A stretch of DNA of 35,707 nt from a virus (taxonomy: Duplodnaviria > Caudoviricetes): the IMG/VR virus record IMGVR_UViG_3300038954_000192, positions 1-35,707 of that record; one strand, written 5' to 3'. The notes under the pieces are model-generated. The model was not told the DNA's origin. It made no database searches and was given only the letters and a program-made list of their open reading frames with translations. This document shows positions 7,603 to 17,173 of the stretch, in pieces. Made by a program: the position numbers and the translations under genes. How positions within the stretch are numbered: the first letter of the stretch is position 1; each line of letters begins with the position of its first letter.

Positions 7603-10377
7603 TTATGCCCCTGCTTCATCAAAAGATGCACCTGATGGTGTAATAGTAAAGGTAATACCGATAAACTCTACAGCACGTGTAGGTTTAAGGAATATCTCCC
7701 CGTATAATTCATTTCGATCCCTTGATTCAGGAGTATTATTACTATCATCCATTTTTATTCTAAACTCTTGTAAACCACGTTCTCTTTTAATAGTATCAAG
7801 AACTGGTGTTGCTTTAGATAAGAATTGGTCAATAGTTGCTTGATCATTTTGTTCAAATACAAGTCTTGTTGCAATATTTGAAATAAGTACTTTTATTTGA
7901 AGTAATAATCTACGAACATTTATTCTATCAAGCGCACTTTCTCTAACTTGAAGTGTTTTTTGACCAAATATTGCTGTACCAGAATCAGCGAAATCAGCCA
8001 TTGGATTAATTCTACCTTCATATAAAATATCACGAGCATCAAGTGACAATTTATATTTTGATTTTCTTGCATCAGTTACACCACGTTGTAGACCTGCAGG
8101 AGCAAACCAAGGAAATTTAACATTATCTGTATATGCCATTGCTTTAACAACTTCACCAGTTGGTGGAAGATATACATTTACATTATTTTCAGTATCCCTA
8201 ATTTGAATATATGGAAAATATGTTGCACCATAACTTGAATCAAGTGCAGCAACATCAATAAGATCAGTAATATCTTCTGCTGCAAGAACATCTTTTTTAG
8301 TTTCACCAATTGTTCTTGGTATGTCAACATCAGGAGTATCAATAATATATAATGTATCAGTTCTTTCATTTTCAATCATATCTAATGTATTTTGAACTAA
8401 TATATTATTATCACTCCAATTAAGTCCCGGTGTTGCAAATAAGTTAATAGTTACTTCTTCAGGATTTGCAAAGGTATTGACAGCAGTTTCCCATGCTTGA
8501 AGATCATTTTTTGGTGTGATATTAGGATCAACACCATCAAAAATGCCTGTTTGTTGAAATCCATCAATATTTGATCTTGTATCTCTATTGACATTCCATC
8601 CATCAAAACCACCTGAAGGTGCTAATGTGAATTTTCTTGATTGTATATCGTTATATGTATCAGTTGGATCAACAATATCATTTATACCACCAAACGGACC
8701 AGCACCTGTTTCAAATTCACCAATAATAGTATTACCATCTTTATAATTACCAGTTGCACCAGAATCCATATGGAAACCTTTAGTTTTAGTATAAGCACTA
8801 ATAACATTATCACCACCGTTTTCCCAACCATTAAAATTGAAAATATTTTGATTTATACCATTTCCAACAAGACCATCACCATCATAACCATTTTCTGAAA
8901 TACCTAGATATACTCTGTTTAATCTTTCATTTTGATTATATTGTGTTTTATAAAATAATTTAGGTGTAATACCTTCACTACTATTATCACCAGTAATTTC
9001 AGATGACCATTTATTTAAATGATACCCCTCAAAACCAGCAGGAAATGCTGTTTGTGGTATTTCATCAGCTAATTCAATCATTACATAATTACTTTGTAGA
9101 TCATATTCACCGTCAGAAGTACCAATTCTTCGTCCAATAAAGTTTGTTCTACCTTCGATTAATGAACATCTTGAAAATGATTCAAGAATTGTTTGTTCCG
9201 AATCAGTATCATAAAAATCTCGAATAATTATATCAAATTCTAACGTATCTGGTCTAATATTGCTTATACTTATTTTAATTTCTTCATTAGCTGAATCACC
9301 ATCAGATATTGATATAAATTTAAATAATCTGTTAATTTCACTACCCATAAGTTGTGACACAACCCAAGGTGTTTCAGGTGTTTTAAAACCAGTTTCATAA
9401 TCAGTAAATATATTAGATGTTGCTTCGATTAATTCAGTATTAATACCATAACCAATTCCATCAGCATCTAATTTTTTTATTAAGTCAGGATAAATTGCTT
9501 CTATCCAAATTTTAGTATTTTTATCTTTTGGTTCACTACCAATAACATTTGATATAAATGAACTAGCATTTGGGTCTAATGTCACTAAATAACTTTCAGG
9601 AACATCATCAGGATCAGTTGGTTTTGATGCATTTAAACTAAATTTACCAAATAAATCACCAATACCAACATTTGTTGTGTTACCACTAATATTTAATAAA
9701 TCAGTGTCAAATATTGTTTCAGATGGTAAATTTACATTATCTTGTACATATCCTCTACTTCTTATTTTAGCTAACACCATTCCTTCATATTCACTATATG
9801 AAGTACCAGTTAATGTCGTTGTTTTTGTTAAAACAGTACCGCTACCTGTATTAGCACTATATGTAGTTGCTGTAAATTCAATTAAATTACCTTCAAATTC
9901 AGTATCATTTATTTTTGTAAATCCAGTAAATGTTGAACCAGTATCACCAGTTTCATATATAGTATTACCCAAAAATACGTTATTAGTAAATCCAGTAGTA
10001 CCTGTTACTGAAGTAGTTTCACCAGTTGTTGAAGGATCAACACCTGCATTTAATGTTATTGCCCATGCTTTACCAGCATCATATCCAGAAAGACCCAATA
10101 CTCTAGTTACCCAAAGTTGACTTGATTCTTCTAAATATGCATTAGCTACGTAAGGTAATTCATATTTAAGTTTTCCATTTGGGAATCTTTTTATTGTTTG
10201 AGTGCCAAATCTATCTCTGAATTGTCCCGCATCTTGTATAAAAACAGGTTCAAATGCAGGTCCTTTTACGGTTTCACCTACAAGACCTAATGTTGTAATT
10301 CCAACGTTACGTGTTACAAATGTTAAATCACGTTCTTTAAATTTCACTCCGGGTGAAGTAAATACAAATTCTGCCAT
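7603..10377 (-). CDS. gp18: Tail sheath protein (T4 gp18-like)
   Basis: FTSPGVKFKERDLT, GLVGETVKGPAFEP, INLFATPG, YLPPTGEV, PWFAPAGLQRG, LYEGRINP, FGQKTLQ..SALDRINVRRLL, LVFEQND, IFLKPTRAVEFI. Confidence 0.97.
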   Translation of the reverse strand: MAEFVFTSPGVKFKERDLTFVTRNVGITTLGLVGETVKGPAFEPVFIQDAGQFRDRFGTQTIKRFPNGKLKYELPYVANAYLEESSQLWVTRVLGLSGYDAGKAWAITLNAGVDPSTTGETTSVTGTTGFTNNVFLGNTIYETGDTGSTFTGFTKINDTEFEGNLIEFTATTYSANTGSGTVLTKTTTLTGTSYSEYEGMVLAKIRSRGYVQDNVNLPSETIFDTDLLNISGNTTNVGIGDLFGKFSLNASKPTDPDDVPESYLVTLDPNASSFISNVIGSEPKDKNTKIWIEAIYPDLIKKLDADGIGYGINTELIEATSNIFTDYETGFKTPETPWVVSQLMGSEINRLFKFISISDGDSANEEIKISISNIRPDTLEFDIIIRDFYDTDSEQTILESFSRCSLIEGRTNFIGRRIGTSDGEYDLQSNYVMIELADEIPQTAFPAGFEGYHLNKWSSEITGDNSSEGITPKLFYKTQYNQNERLNRVYLGISENGYDGDGLVGNGINQNIFNFNGWENGGDNVISAYTKTKGFHMDSGATGNYKDGNTIIGEFETGAGPFGGINDIVDPTDTYNDIQSRKFTLAPSGGFDGWNVNRDTRSNIDGFQQTGIFDGVDPNITPKNDLQAWETAVNTFANPEEVTINLFATPGLNWSDNNILVQNTLDMIENERTDTLYIIDTPDVDIPRTIGETKKDVLAAEDITDLIDVAALDSSYGATYFPYIQIRDTENNVNVYLPPTGEVVKAMAYTDNVKFPWFAPAGLQRGVTDARKSKYKLSLDARDILYEGRINPMADFADSGTAIFGQKTLQVRESALDRINVRRLLLQIKVLISNIATRLVFEQNDQATIDQFLSKATPVLDTIKRERGLQEFRIKMDDSNNTPESRDRNELYGEIFLKPTRAVEFIGITFTITPSGASFDEAGA

Positions 10378-10423
10378 GTTAATTAATATTTATTTATTTA
10401 ATTTATTTTTTATTACATTTTTT

Positions 10424-10432
10424 AATAAATAC
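10424..10432 (-). promoter_or_regulatory. Putative late promoter GTATTTATT (sheath)
   Basis: + strand AATAAATAC, 46 nt upstream of the sheath start. Confidence 0.65.
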
Positions 10433-10596
10433 TAAAAAATAATCGAAAAGGTGTTTTATCGTAATTATTATAACATTACTATGATTTTTGAATTTTTTTA
10501 TTTTTTAAATTTTTTTATTTAAATTTTTTTATTTTTTAAATAAAAATTCATTTTTTTTCCATTTTTTTTGATAAATTTATGGTTTTCTTTATTTTA

Positions 10597-10605
10597 GTAT
10601 TTATA
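10597..10605 (+). promoter_or_regulatory. Putative late promoter GTATTTATA
   Basis: 16 nt upstream of the ATG at 10622. Confidence 0.7.
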
Positions 10606-10621
10606 AAAAAAATTCATTATA

Positions 10622-12727
10622 ATGAATAAATCACAAAAAATTAGAATAAGTCCAGAAACATTAAAAGATAATAAATATCTATATGTTAAATTAGAACAAG
10701 ATGTTGATACTCTTGAAATAATGTCATTAAAAGTTGACACAAAAGATGCATATCAAGATTTTAATGCTAATTATGGTGTTTTAGTTGGTAGAGTTAATGC
10801 AAACAATGGTATTAGTGTACCAAATGCTAAAATTTCTATATTTATACCATTAAATGAAGAAGATGAAAATAATAGTGATATTGTTAGTATATATCCATTT
10901 AAAAAACCAACTGACAAAAACAATGAAGGTAAAAGATATAATTTACTTCCAAGAGTTGGTGAATTCAATCCAATAGCTAATGATATTAAACCCCAACAAC
11001 CATTTGGTTCCTTCCCAACAAAAGAAGAAATAATAACAAATCCAACATATCTTGAAGTTTTTGAAAAATATTATAAATATACTACTGTTACTAATAGTGC
11101 TGGTGATTATATGATATTTGGTGTACCAGTTGGTACGCAGACAGTACATATGAGTGTTGATATTACTGATATTGGTAAAAACTCAATGACTCCAGAAGCA
11201 ATGGTTAAAGATTTAGGTTATTCACCTAATTTATTTACTAATGATAACACAAGAATTAAAGAAAGTGATGATTTAGATGATTTACCACATATTGAAACAC
11301 AAGAAATATCGGTTGATGTAATACCTTTTTGGGGTGATTCGGAAAATTTTGATATAGGTATTACAAAAGTTGATTTTAGAATTAGAGCAGCACTTGAAAA
11401 TGTATTTTATGTTTTTGGAAGTGTTTTTACCGATAGTGAACAGACTACTTGGGGAAAAGATAATGTTATTAACGAAATTAGGGATTTTTATACAGGTAAT
11501 GATGAAATATTAGGAATGTACTCTAAAAGAGCAGGAAATGTTAAAGAAAGAATATATTATTACCCACCCGAAGTTACTGATGAAGAAATTGAAAATGCTG
11601 ATCCAAGTGAAGAAGAAATTTTAGAGAGAAAAATGAAATTACTTGATCCATCAGAATACGTTTCATATAAAAGAGGAGGTGATTTTGTTTTTATTATTAA
11701 ATGTAATAGGGGCAGAATAACTACAGATGAGTTTGGTAATGAATTTACTGGCGCATTTACAACTTTTAGAGGGTTTATTACATTAGAAATAACAGATAAT
11801 GAATTATCACTTCCACCACGAAATTATTTTCCCAATATCGGTTATAATAAACCATACAGAGTTAGATTAAAATTTCCTCAATATGGTGATGATGGTAAAT
11901 ATTTTAGTCTTAATCGTGGTACTCAAAATAGAATTTGGAGAAAACAACACAAAATATTTGAAGCTGGTAAATTTTATAGTGTATCTAAATTTCATGGTAC
12001 TGTTTTTAATAATGACAGTGGTATAAATGTTGATCAGGACGGTAATGGTTTTTTTGAAGAAGATGTTATTAATGATCCATTAAATCAATCACCATATAAT
12101 AATGTTGGTGCAATTGCAACTAATGATTATACTAATAATGGTTTTCAAGTTACTGGTAATGAACAATATGATTTTCCATCAAATAGTGAAACAAGCGGTG
12201 GCACAAAATTATTTGGGGCAAATTGGATGAATTTAAGTGTTCATTTTCCACAATTAATGCATATTCAGACAACCATTTTAAATAATATTTTTACAACTGA
12301 CTTTTTTCATGATCAGGAATTTGATCAACCCCAAGAAAATTATTATTATTTAAGAGATAATAAACAATTAATTGCAGCAAATAAGAAAAATACAATATAT
12401 TTCGCTCGTAACGACCTTCATTGGACAGATATTATCGAAGTACCTGAAAATGATATTAGGAAAATGTTTGAAGTACCAAGAAAGGGGTTTAGTAATATTA
12501 ATTTTGTTGATCCATTAGATGGTATAGAAAATAATTTATATCACAATGGTGACCCTGATAAAATTCCCACTGATTGGGGGATTGATAAACCCTGTCCTTA
12601 TAATGGTGGAAAAAAGGACGGTGATCCTAACAGTTCAGAAGCTGATACCAAATATTATTTTTATAAGGGATTTAATGATTCTGATTGTATATCATATCTT
12701 TTTGAATTAGGTCTTATAGAGCAATAA
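10622..12727 (+). CDS. Putative virion (tail/baseplate) protein with an N-terminal carboxypeptidase-regulatory-like Ig/beta-sandwich domain
   Basis: GVLVGRVNANNGISVPNAKISIF...TVTNSAGDYMIFGVPVGTQTVHM pattern; late motif upstream. Confidence 0.65.
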   Translation: MNKSQKIRISPETLKDNKYLYVKLEQDVDTLEIMSLKVDTKDAYQDFNANYGVLVGRVNANNGISVPNAKISIFIPLNEEDENNSDIVSIYPFKKPTDKNNEGKRYNLLPRVGEFNPIANDIKPQQPFGSFPTKEEIITNPTYLEVFEKYYKYTTVTNSAGDYMIFGVPVGTQTVHMSVDITDIGKNSMTPEAMVKDLGYSPNLFTNDNTRIKESDDLDDLPHIETQEISVDVIPFWGDSENFDIGITKVDFRIRAALENVFYVFGSVFTDSEQTTWGKDNVINEIRDFYTGNDEILGMYSKRAGNVKERIYYYPPEVTDEEIENADPSEEEILERKMKLLDPSEYVSYKRGGDFVFIIKCNRGRITTDEFGNEFTGAFTTFRGFITLEITDNELSLPPRNYFPNIGYNKPYRVRLKFPQYGDDGKYFSLNRGTQNRIWRKQHKIFEAGKFYSVSKFHGTVFNNDSGINVDQDGNGFFEEDVINDPLNQSPYNNVGAIATNDYTNNGFQVTGNEQYDFPSNSETSGGTKLFGANWMNLSVHFPQLMHIQTTILNNIFTTDFFHDQEFDQPQENYYYLRDNKQLIAANKKNTIYFARNDLHWTDIIEVPENDIRKMFEVPRKGFSNINFVDPLDGIENNLYHNGDPDKIPTDWGIDKPCPYNGGKKDGDPNSSEADTKYYFYKGFNDSDCISYLFELGLIEQ

Positions 12728-12728
12728 A

Positions 12729-12754
12729 AAAACCCATCGAATTTGATGGGTTTT
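12729..12754. terminator. Bidirectional intrinsic terminator
   Basis: AAAACCCATC-GAATTT-GATGGGTTTT between convergent genes. Confidence 0.8.
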
Positions 12755-12774
12755 AGTAAATATTTAAGTTTTAT

Positions 12775-13242
12775 TTATTGTTTTGCCATTGTGTAAATTC
12801 CACCAATGGGAAGCACATTATAATCAGAAGGTTCAACAAATTTCAGTTCTAAAGTATCTCCTTCAAATGAATCATAATTCATAATTTGAAATTCTCGTGT
12901 ATTATCTTCACAAATAATCATATTTTCATTAATATCATATTCATAAGTATTACTACCATCTTCACAACCATCATAAAGCCTCATCTCACTTTCAGTCACA
13001 TCATAAAAGCTAAGTGTAACATACCAATAATCATCAGTTAAATAAGGATCACATCCAGTATAAGTAATACCCTCAAATTGAAGAGAAACAAAATCCCAAT
13101 CACCCACTAAATCTTGTGGTTTGATTTTATTCTCTGTTTCGGTGTTGTTGTCTTCATCTTCGGGAGTAGGAACAACGCTTTCTTCACAAGAAGAAACGAT
13201 TAACATTAGGAAAAGTCCAAATAATAATACTAAATTTTTCAT
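12775..13242 (-). CDS. Bacteroidota-type lipoprotein with a lipocalin-like domain
   Basis: Signal peptide II MKNLVLLFGLFLMLIVSS-C, an acidic linker (CEESVVPTPEDEDNN) and the LVGDWDFVS (GxW) lipocalin-like motif. Confidence 0.8.
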   Translation of the reverse strand: MKNLVLLFGLFLMLIVSSCEESVVPTPEDEDNNTETENKIKPQDLVGDWDFVSLQFEGITYTGCDPYLTDDYWYVTLSFYDVTESEMRLYDGCEDGSNTYEYDINENMIICEDNTREFQIMNYDSFEGDTLELKFVEPSDYNVLPIGGIYTMAKQ

Positions 13243-13278
13243 AATTTTTTTATTTTATAGTTTATATTTAATTAATAA

Positions 13279-13304
13279 TACGACAATATATTAAAAATGT
13301 TACA
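13279..13304 (-). promoter_or_regulatory. ECF-sigma-type promoter TGTAAC-N16-CGTA
   Basis: Minus strand reads TGTAAC ATTTTTAATATATTGT CGTA upstream of the lipoprotein; the same motif and spacing occur at 28859-28884. Confidence 0.6.
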
Positions 13305-13327
13305 ATTTTTTACAAATATTTTTTTTG

Positions 13328-13336
13328 GTATTTATA
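13328..13336 (+). promoter_or_regulatory. Putative late promoter GTATTTATA
   Basis: 15 nt upstream of the in-frame GTG at 13352. Confidence 0.65.
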
Positions 13337-13351
13337 ATAAAATATAGAAAA

Positions 13352-14551
13352 GTGGATAAAAGCATACAAATACAATTAGGTAGTGAAAAAAATATTAATT
13401 CTACAAATGTTGATATATATGATAAAATTATATTAAATAATCAACGTAAAGAGATATTAGAATATAATATTAGAAATGTTTTAAGCACTACTGAAGTTTT
13501 TGAAACAGAAAGACAAAATACACAAATTTATAGAATATATGGTAGTTTAAATTATTTATCTACATTAAATGGATTATATAAAAAATATAAATATTTAGAA
13601 CATTTTTTTAAAAAACCAAGATATGAAGAATTAATTGGTACTGATGATTATAAAAATGTAATAAATTCATTTGATTTTTATTTAGTAAGACCCATTGAAC
13701 ATGAAAAAATAGTTAATACTGATAACGAATATGTTATTAAATATGAAGTTGTCGCAACACCAGAAGATTTTGAAATTTATAATGCTGGTTATTCTGTAAA
13801 TATATTTAACGAACGTAGTTATAGTTTTATTTTTAATAAAGATTTTGATGTAAGTAATTGGATTGATGATTTTAATTTTCCTATAACTGAACTATATTTA
13901 CATCCTGTATATAAAAGAACAACACACACTATTGATGTTGAAATTTATGATCCATTTATTGAATCTATGAGTGCAACAACATGGTCAAGTGGTGGTAGTA
14001 AAAATATAATACCATTTTCACCCACAAATTATAATATTGGTGATATTATTTATGGTGATAAAATTAATTATCAAAAAAATCAATTTTTACAGACAAATAT
14101 TGAACCACAAATATATTATATATCAACACCATATTTAGCTACTGTTTTGTTTGGTTTTACAGAAAAAAGAGAATTACAATGGAAATATAACCCATTTATA
14201 CCATTTAAATTAAGATATTTTAGTAATCAAATAAGTAGAGCAAATACAGGTGGAACAGCATATGATGAAACATCAGATATCCCCTATTATGCTACACATT
14301 TAGGGGATGGTAATATGATATGGAGAGATATATTGGAGCAAGGATATATTGATCCACTTACTGGTGATGGTGTTGATTATCCTTTTGTAAATAAAAGAAG
14401 ATATTTATTTTCAAATGTTTTATTAAATGTTATACCAAATATGGATCATCCAAATACAGCAGAAGTATTTAATGAAATTAAATTTGGTAAACCAACATCA
14501 ATAAATTATAATCCATTAGATGATCTTAATAAAATAGGTAAACCATGTTAA
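13352..14551 (+). CDS. Putative virion structural protein
   Basis: ~399-aa aromatic/beta-rich ORF. The start is placed at GTG 13352 because the 13325 start in the ORF track overlaps the late motif. Confidence 0.6.
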   Translation: MDKSIQIQLGSEKNINSTNVDIYDKIILNNQRKEILEYNIRNVLSTTEVFETERQNTQIYRIYGSLNYLSTLNGLYKKYKYLEHFFKKPRYEELIGTDDYKNVINSFDFYLVRPIEHEKIVNTDNEYVIKYEVVATPEDFEIYNAGYSVNIFNERSYSFIFNKDFDVSNWIDDFNFPITELYLHPVYKRTTHTIDVEIYDPFIESMSATTWSSGGSKNIIPFSPTNYNIGDIIYGDKINYQKNQFLQTNIEPQIYYISTPYLATVLFGFTEKRELQWKYNPFIPFKLRYFSNQISRANTGGTAYDETSDIPYYATHLGDGNMIWRDILEQGYIDPLTGDGVDYPFVNKRRYLFSNVLLNVIPNMDHPNTAEVFNEIKFGKPTSINYNPLDDLNKIGKPC

Positions 14552-15372
14552 TTAAAAAAAATATAAAATATACTGGTAATAATGTAAATATTCAAATTCC
14601 ACTTAGCACTAATAATGAATTTAGTGGATATCAACAAGAAATTGAAGAATATACAAATATTAAATCAGCAGATTCAATTAATGATGCTACTGATGGTGAG
14701 GTTTTTAAATTTAAATTAGATGATAATGATATTACTAAATTTTTAAGTATAAAATTTTATTCATTTAATGATCAAATTTGGCAACCAAATTATATATACG
14801 CTGGATTTACTTTAAATGAAATTCCCACGGATTTAAAATTTTTAAATAGTTTTTTTATTTTCGATTTTTTTGATTCATATGAACCAGCAAATCAAACGAA
14901 ACTATTTTCAACATATTTAACTAATTTAAATTTATTTAATGTTGATGACGGACTATTACCAAGTAGTAAGTATAAATTTGATCCACAATTTCAATTATAT
15001 AATCAGTATATACCAATTGATTATTTAAATATTGATTCAAATATTGATAAATATACTGGATATACTAGAATTAGTTTTTATAATGCAAAATCTGGTAATA
15101 CTGTTGTTTTTTATAATGAAGATAATGAAAATATTGCAACTGCCGAAAAATTACATTTTAAAACTGAAATTGATTTAGTTAACAAAACATGGAAATTCTT
15201 AACACCATCATTTTTAGATAATGATATATTATATGCAAAAGAATTAGTAAATTCTAATAACTATCTTGAAAGATATAATAATACTTTTGAAAACTTTAAT
15301 AATTTACAACAAAATTATCCTGATGGAAATACATTTAATTTTGAAACAGGTGAATATGAAACAACAAATTAA
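14545..15372 (+). CDS. Putative virion structural protein
   Basis: 275 aa, coupled to the previous ORF; NSFFIFDFFDS..QTKLFSTY beta-rich sequence. Confidence 0.6.
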   Translation: MLIKKNIKYTGNNVNIQIPLSTNNEFSGYQQEIEEYTNIKSADSINDATDGEVFKFKLDDNDITKFLSIKFYSFNDQIWQPNYIYAGFTLNEIPTDLKFLNSFFIFDFFDSYEPANQTKLFSTYLTNLNLFNVDDGLLPSSKYKFDPQFQLYNQYIPIDYLNIDSNIDKYTGYTRISFYNAKSGNTVVFYNEDNENIATAEKLHFKTEIDLVNKTWKFLTPSFLDNDILYAKELVNSNNYLERYNNTFENFNNLQQNYPDGNTFNFETGEYETTN

Positions 15373-16142
15373 CGTTCAATGGTAAAACCCAATTTTGTTC
15401 TTCTGAATGTTTTTGTTATTTCAAATTCATTTTCGTCTTGAATAAATCCTTTAAGATTTAAAGTATATTTAGAAACAAAAAATCTATCACCATCAACATT
15501 TTCAATAGAATTTGCTTCTTCAACACTATCTAATTCTAATGGAAAAGGCGTTCCATTAGTAAAAACATAATCTTGTTTAGATGCAAAGTTTTTTAAAACA
15601 ATTTCATCATATAAATTAACGTCAACACGATATTTTGTAAATAATGAAATTTCATATATCATATCTACATTTGTAGGTTCAGGCATTTTAAATCTAAGAT
15701 ATATTATTTCACCTTCATCAAGAATTGGAACATCCATATATCTGAATTTTCTTGGTTGTGGTATTCTTGCTTTATTACCAATACGAGTACCCGGTTTTTT
15801 ATCAATTCTTCTTACTGTAATATATGGCGTTGGAACATTTTTATCATCATCCATGAATTTCCATGTTTTTGAAAATTCCCCCCAACGATCATTATCTAAA
15901 TAAAATGTTGGTACTTCTTTACCATCAAGATATAATTTCATATCACCATCATTAACATAATTATAAACAGATTGATCCATATCCTCAAAAGTAATCGTTC
16001 GTGGAAGATATTTTGTTTTTTCATCAGTTTTATTCATTAATTCTTCAATACGATCCATCCCATATTTTAAATAATCTGTTCCAATTTTTGGTGGATTTGT
16101 ATTAATAGAATATTTAACTTGTTTTTTCTTAGGTAAAGACAT
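15369..16142 (-). CDS. Tail terminator / sheath stabilizer (T4 gp15-like)
   Basis: ITFEDMD..VPTFY..RWGEF..PYITVRR..MPEPTNVDMIYEISLFT..YTLNLKGFI pattern; late motif upstream. Confidence 0.65.
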   Translation of the reverse strand: MSLPKKKQVKYSINTNPPKIGTDYLKYGMDRIEELMNKTDEKTKYLPRTITFEDMDQSVYNYVNDGDMKLYLDGKEVPTFYLDNDRWGEFSKTWKFMDDDKNVPTPYITVRRIDKKPGTRIGNKARIPQPRKFRYMDVPILDEGEIIYLRFKMPEPTNVDMIYEISLFTKYRVDVNLYDEIVLKNFASKQDYVFTNGTPFPLELDSVEEANSIENVDGDRFFVSKYTLNLKGFIQDENEFEITKTFRRTKLGFTIER

Positions 16143-16158
16143 ATTTTATGTTTTTATA

Positions 16159-16167
16159 TATAAATAC
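16159..16167 (-). promoter_or_regulatory. Putative late promoter GTATTTATA
   Basis: 16 nt upstream of the start at 16142. Confidence 0.7.
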
Positions 16168-16169
16168 TC

Positions 16170-16200
16170 TTGTGAGTTATTTAGATTTATTATATATTTG
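16170..16200 (+). promoter_or_regulatory. Bacteroidota sigma70-type promoter TTG-N20-TATATTTG
   Basis: TTG at 16170-16172 and TATATTTG at 16193-16200, heading the KTSC-dut-thyA operon. Confidence 0.65.
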
Positions 16201-16219
16201 TCATTAAAATTAATAAATT

Positions 16220-16873
16220 ATGCTAGTAACAGAAAGAAGTTTTACAGAAGAAGATGCATCAATTGGATATTACGAAGCAATATTTGATTCATCAAATATA
16301 TTAAAAACCACATATTTTCCACAACAGGAAAGGTTATATATATCATTTAATCGAGGTGGTGTATATTCTTATCAAAATATTACTCAAGAAAAATATGATG
16401 AATTTAAAAAAGCAGAAAGTCAAGGTAAATTTTTTATTCAACAAATAAAAAAGAAACCAGATGAATATCCATATAGGAAAGAATTTACATTATATCCTGA
16501 AGAAGTTAATAATATAAAAGAAGAACGAGATAATAATAAAGAGAAAATTCCAATTCCAAAAATAAATAATAAAATTTATCATAATATTGATGAAAATGAA
16601 ATTATATTTACTGTTGGTGATGAGGAAACAATTAAAATATCCAATGAAGGTTTTTATTGGAAAGGTGATATGATTGAAAATGATGAAGAAATTTATGATA
16701 AATTTAAAGAATGGTTAGAATATGCTTGGGGTGAATTGGAAACAAAATCAAATTATTATAAAGTTACCGATTGGATTGAAAGAGAATTAAAACATCTTCA
16801 AAACAAAACTAAATTAACACAATTTGAAGAAGGTCAATTATATGAATTAAAAATATTAAAACAGTGGATTTAA
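16220..16873 (+). CDS. KTSC-domain protein with a C-terminal extension
   Basis: DSSNILKTTY..LYISFNRGGVYSYQNI..YDEFKKAESQGKFF is the KTSC pattern. Confidence 0.8.
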   Translation: MLVTERSFTEEDASIGYYEAIFDSSNILKTTYFPQQERLYISFNRGGVYSYQNITQEKYDEFKKAESQGKFFIQQIKKKPDEYPYRKEFTLYPEEVNNIKEERDNNKEKIPIPKINNKIYHNIDENEIIFTVGDEETIKISNEGFYWKGDMIENDEEIYDKFKEWLEYAWGELETKSNYYKVTDWIERELKHLQNKTKLTQFEEGQLYELKILKQWI

Positions 16874-16876
16874 ATA

Positions 16877-17173
16877 ATGGAATTTAGTGAACAATATAAC
16901 AATATTATTGAATTATTGAAAAGAACTCTTCAATATTATGCTGATGAAAACATTTATTTACAAAAAGTAGATGATGTTTCAGGTTTATATAAAATTAATT
17001 TAGATAATGGTGAACAAGCAAGAAATACATTAAAAACTGTTACTGATTTAGAAAAATCTATTAAATCATATGAAGATGATTATGAAAAATATATGAAAGA
17101 TAGTGAGAATAATATAAATTCAACAGAAGAAGCAAATAAAATAATAAATAAATTAAGAAATTTAAATTTATAA
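16877..17173 (+). CDS. Hypothetical protein
   Basis: 98 aa, coupled to dut by a TAATG overlap. Confidence 0.65.
   Translation: MEFSEQYNNIIELLKRTLQYYADENIYLQKVDDVSGLYKINLDNGEQARNTLKTVTDLEKSIKSYEDDYEKYMKDSENNINSTEEANKIINKLRNLNL

Noticed and set aside
10378-10621. tRNA or structured ncRNA in intergenic gaps
   Set aside because: The gaps are nearly pure A/T, with no cloverleaf, T-loop motif or stable stems other than terminators.
13325-13351. Longer starts given in the ORF track (13325, 17815, 21731, 23327, 28851)
   Set aside because: They overlap promoter motifs or upstream genes; downstream ATG/GTG starts fit the promoter spacing and coupling better.
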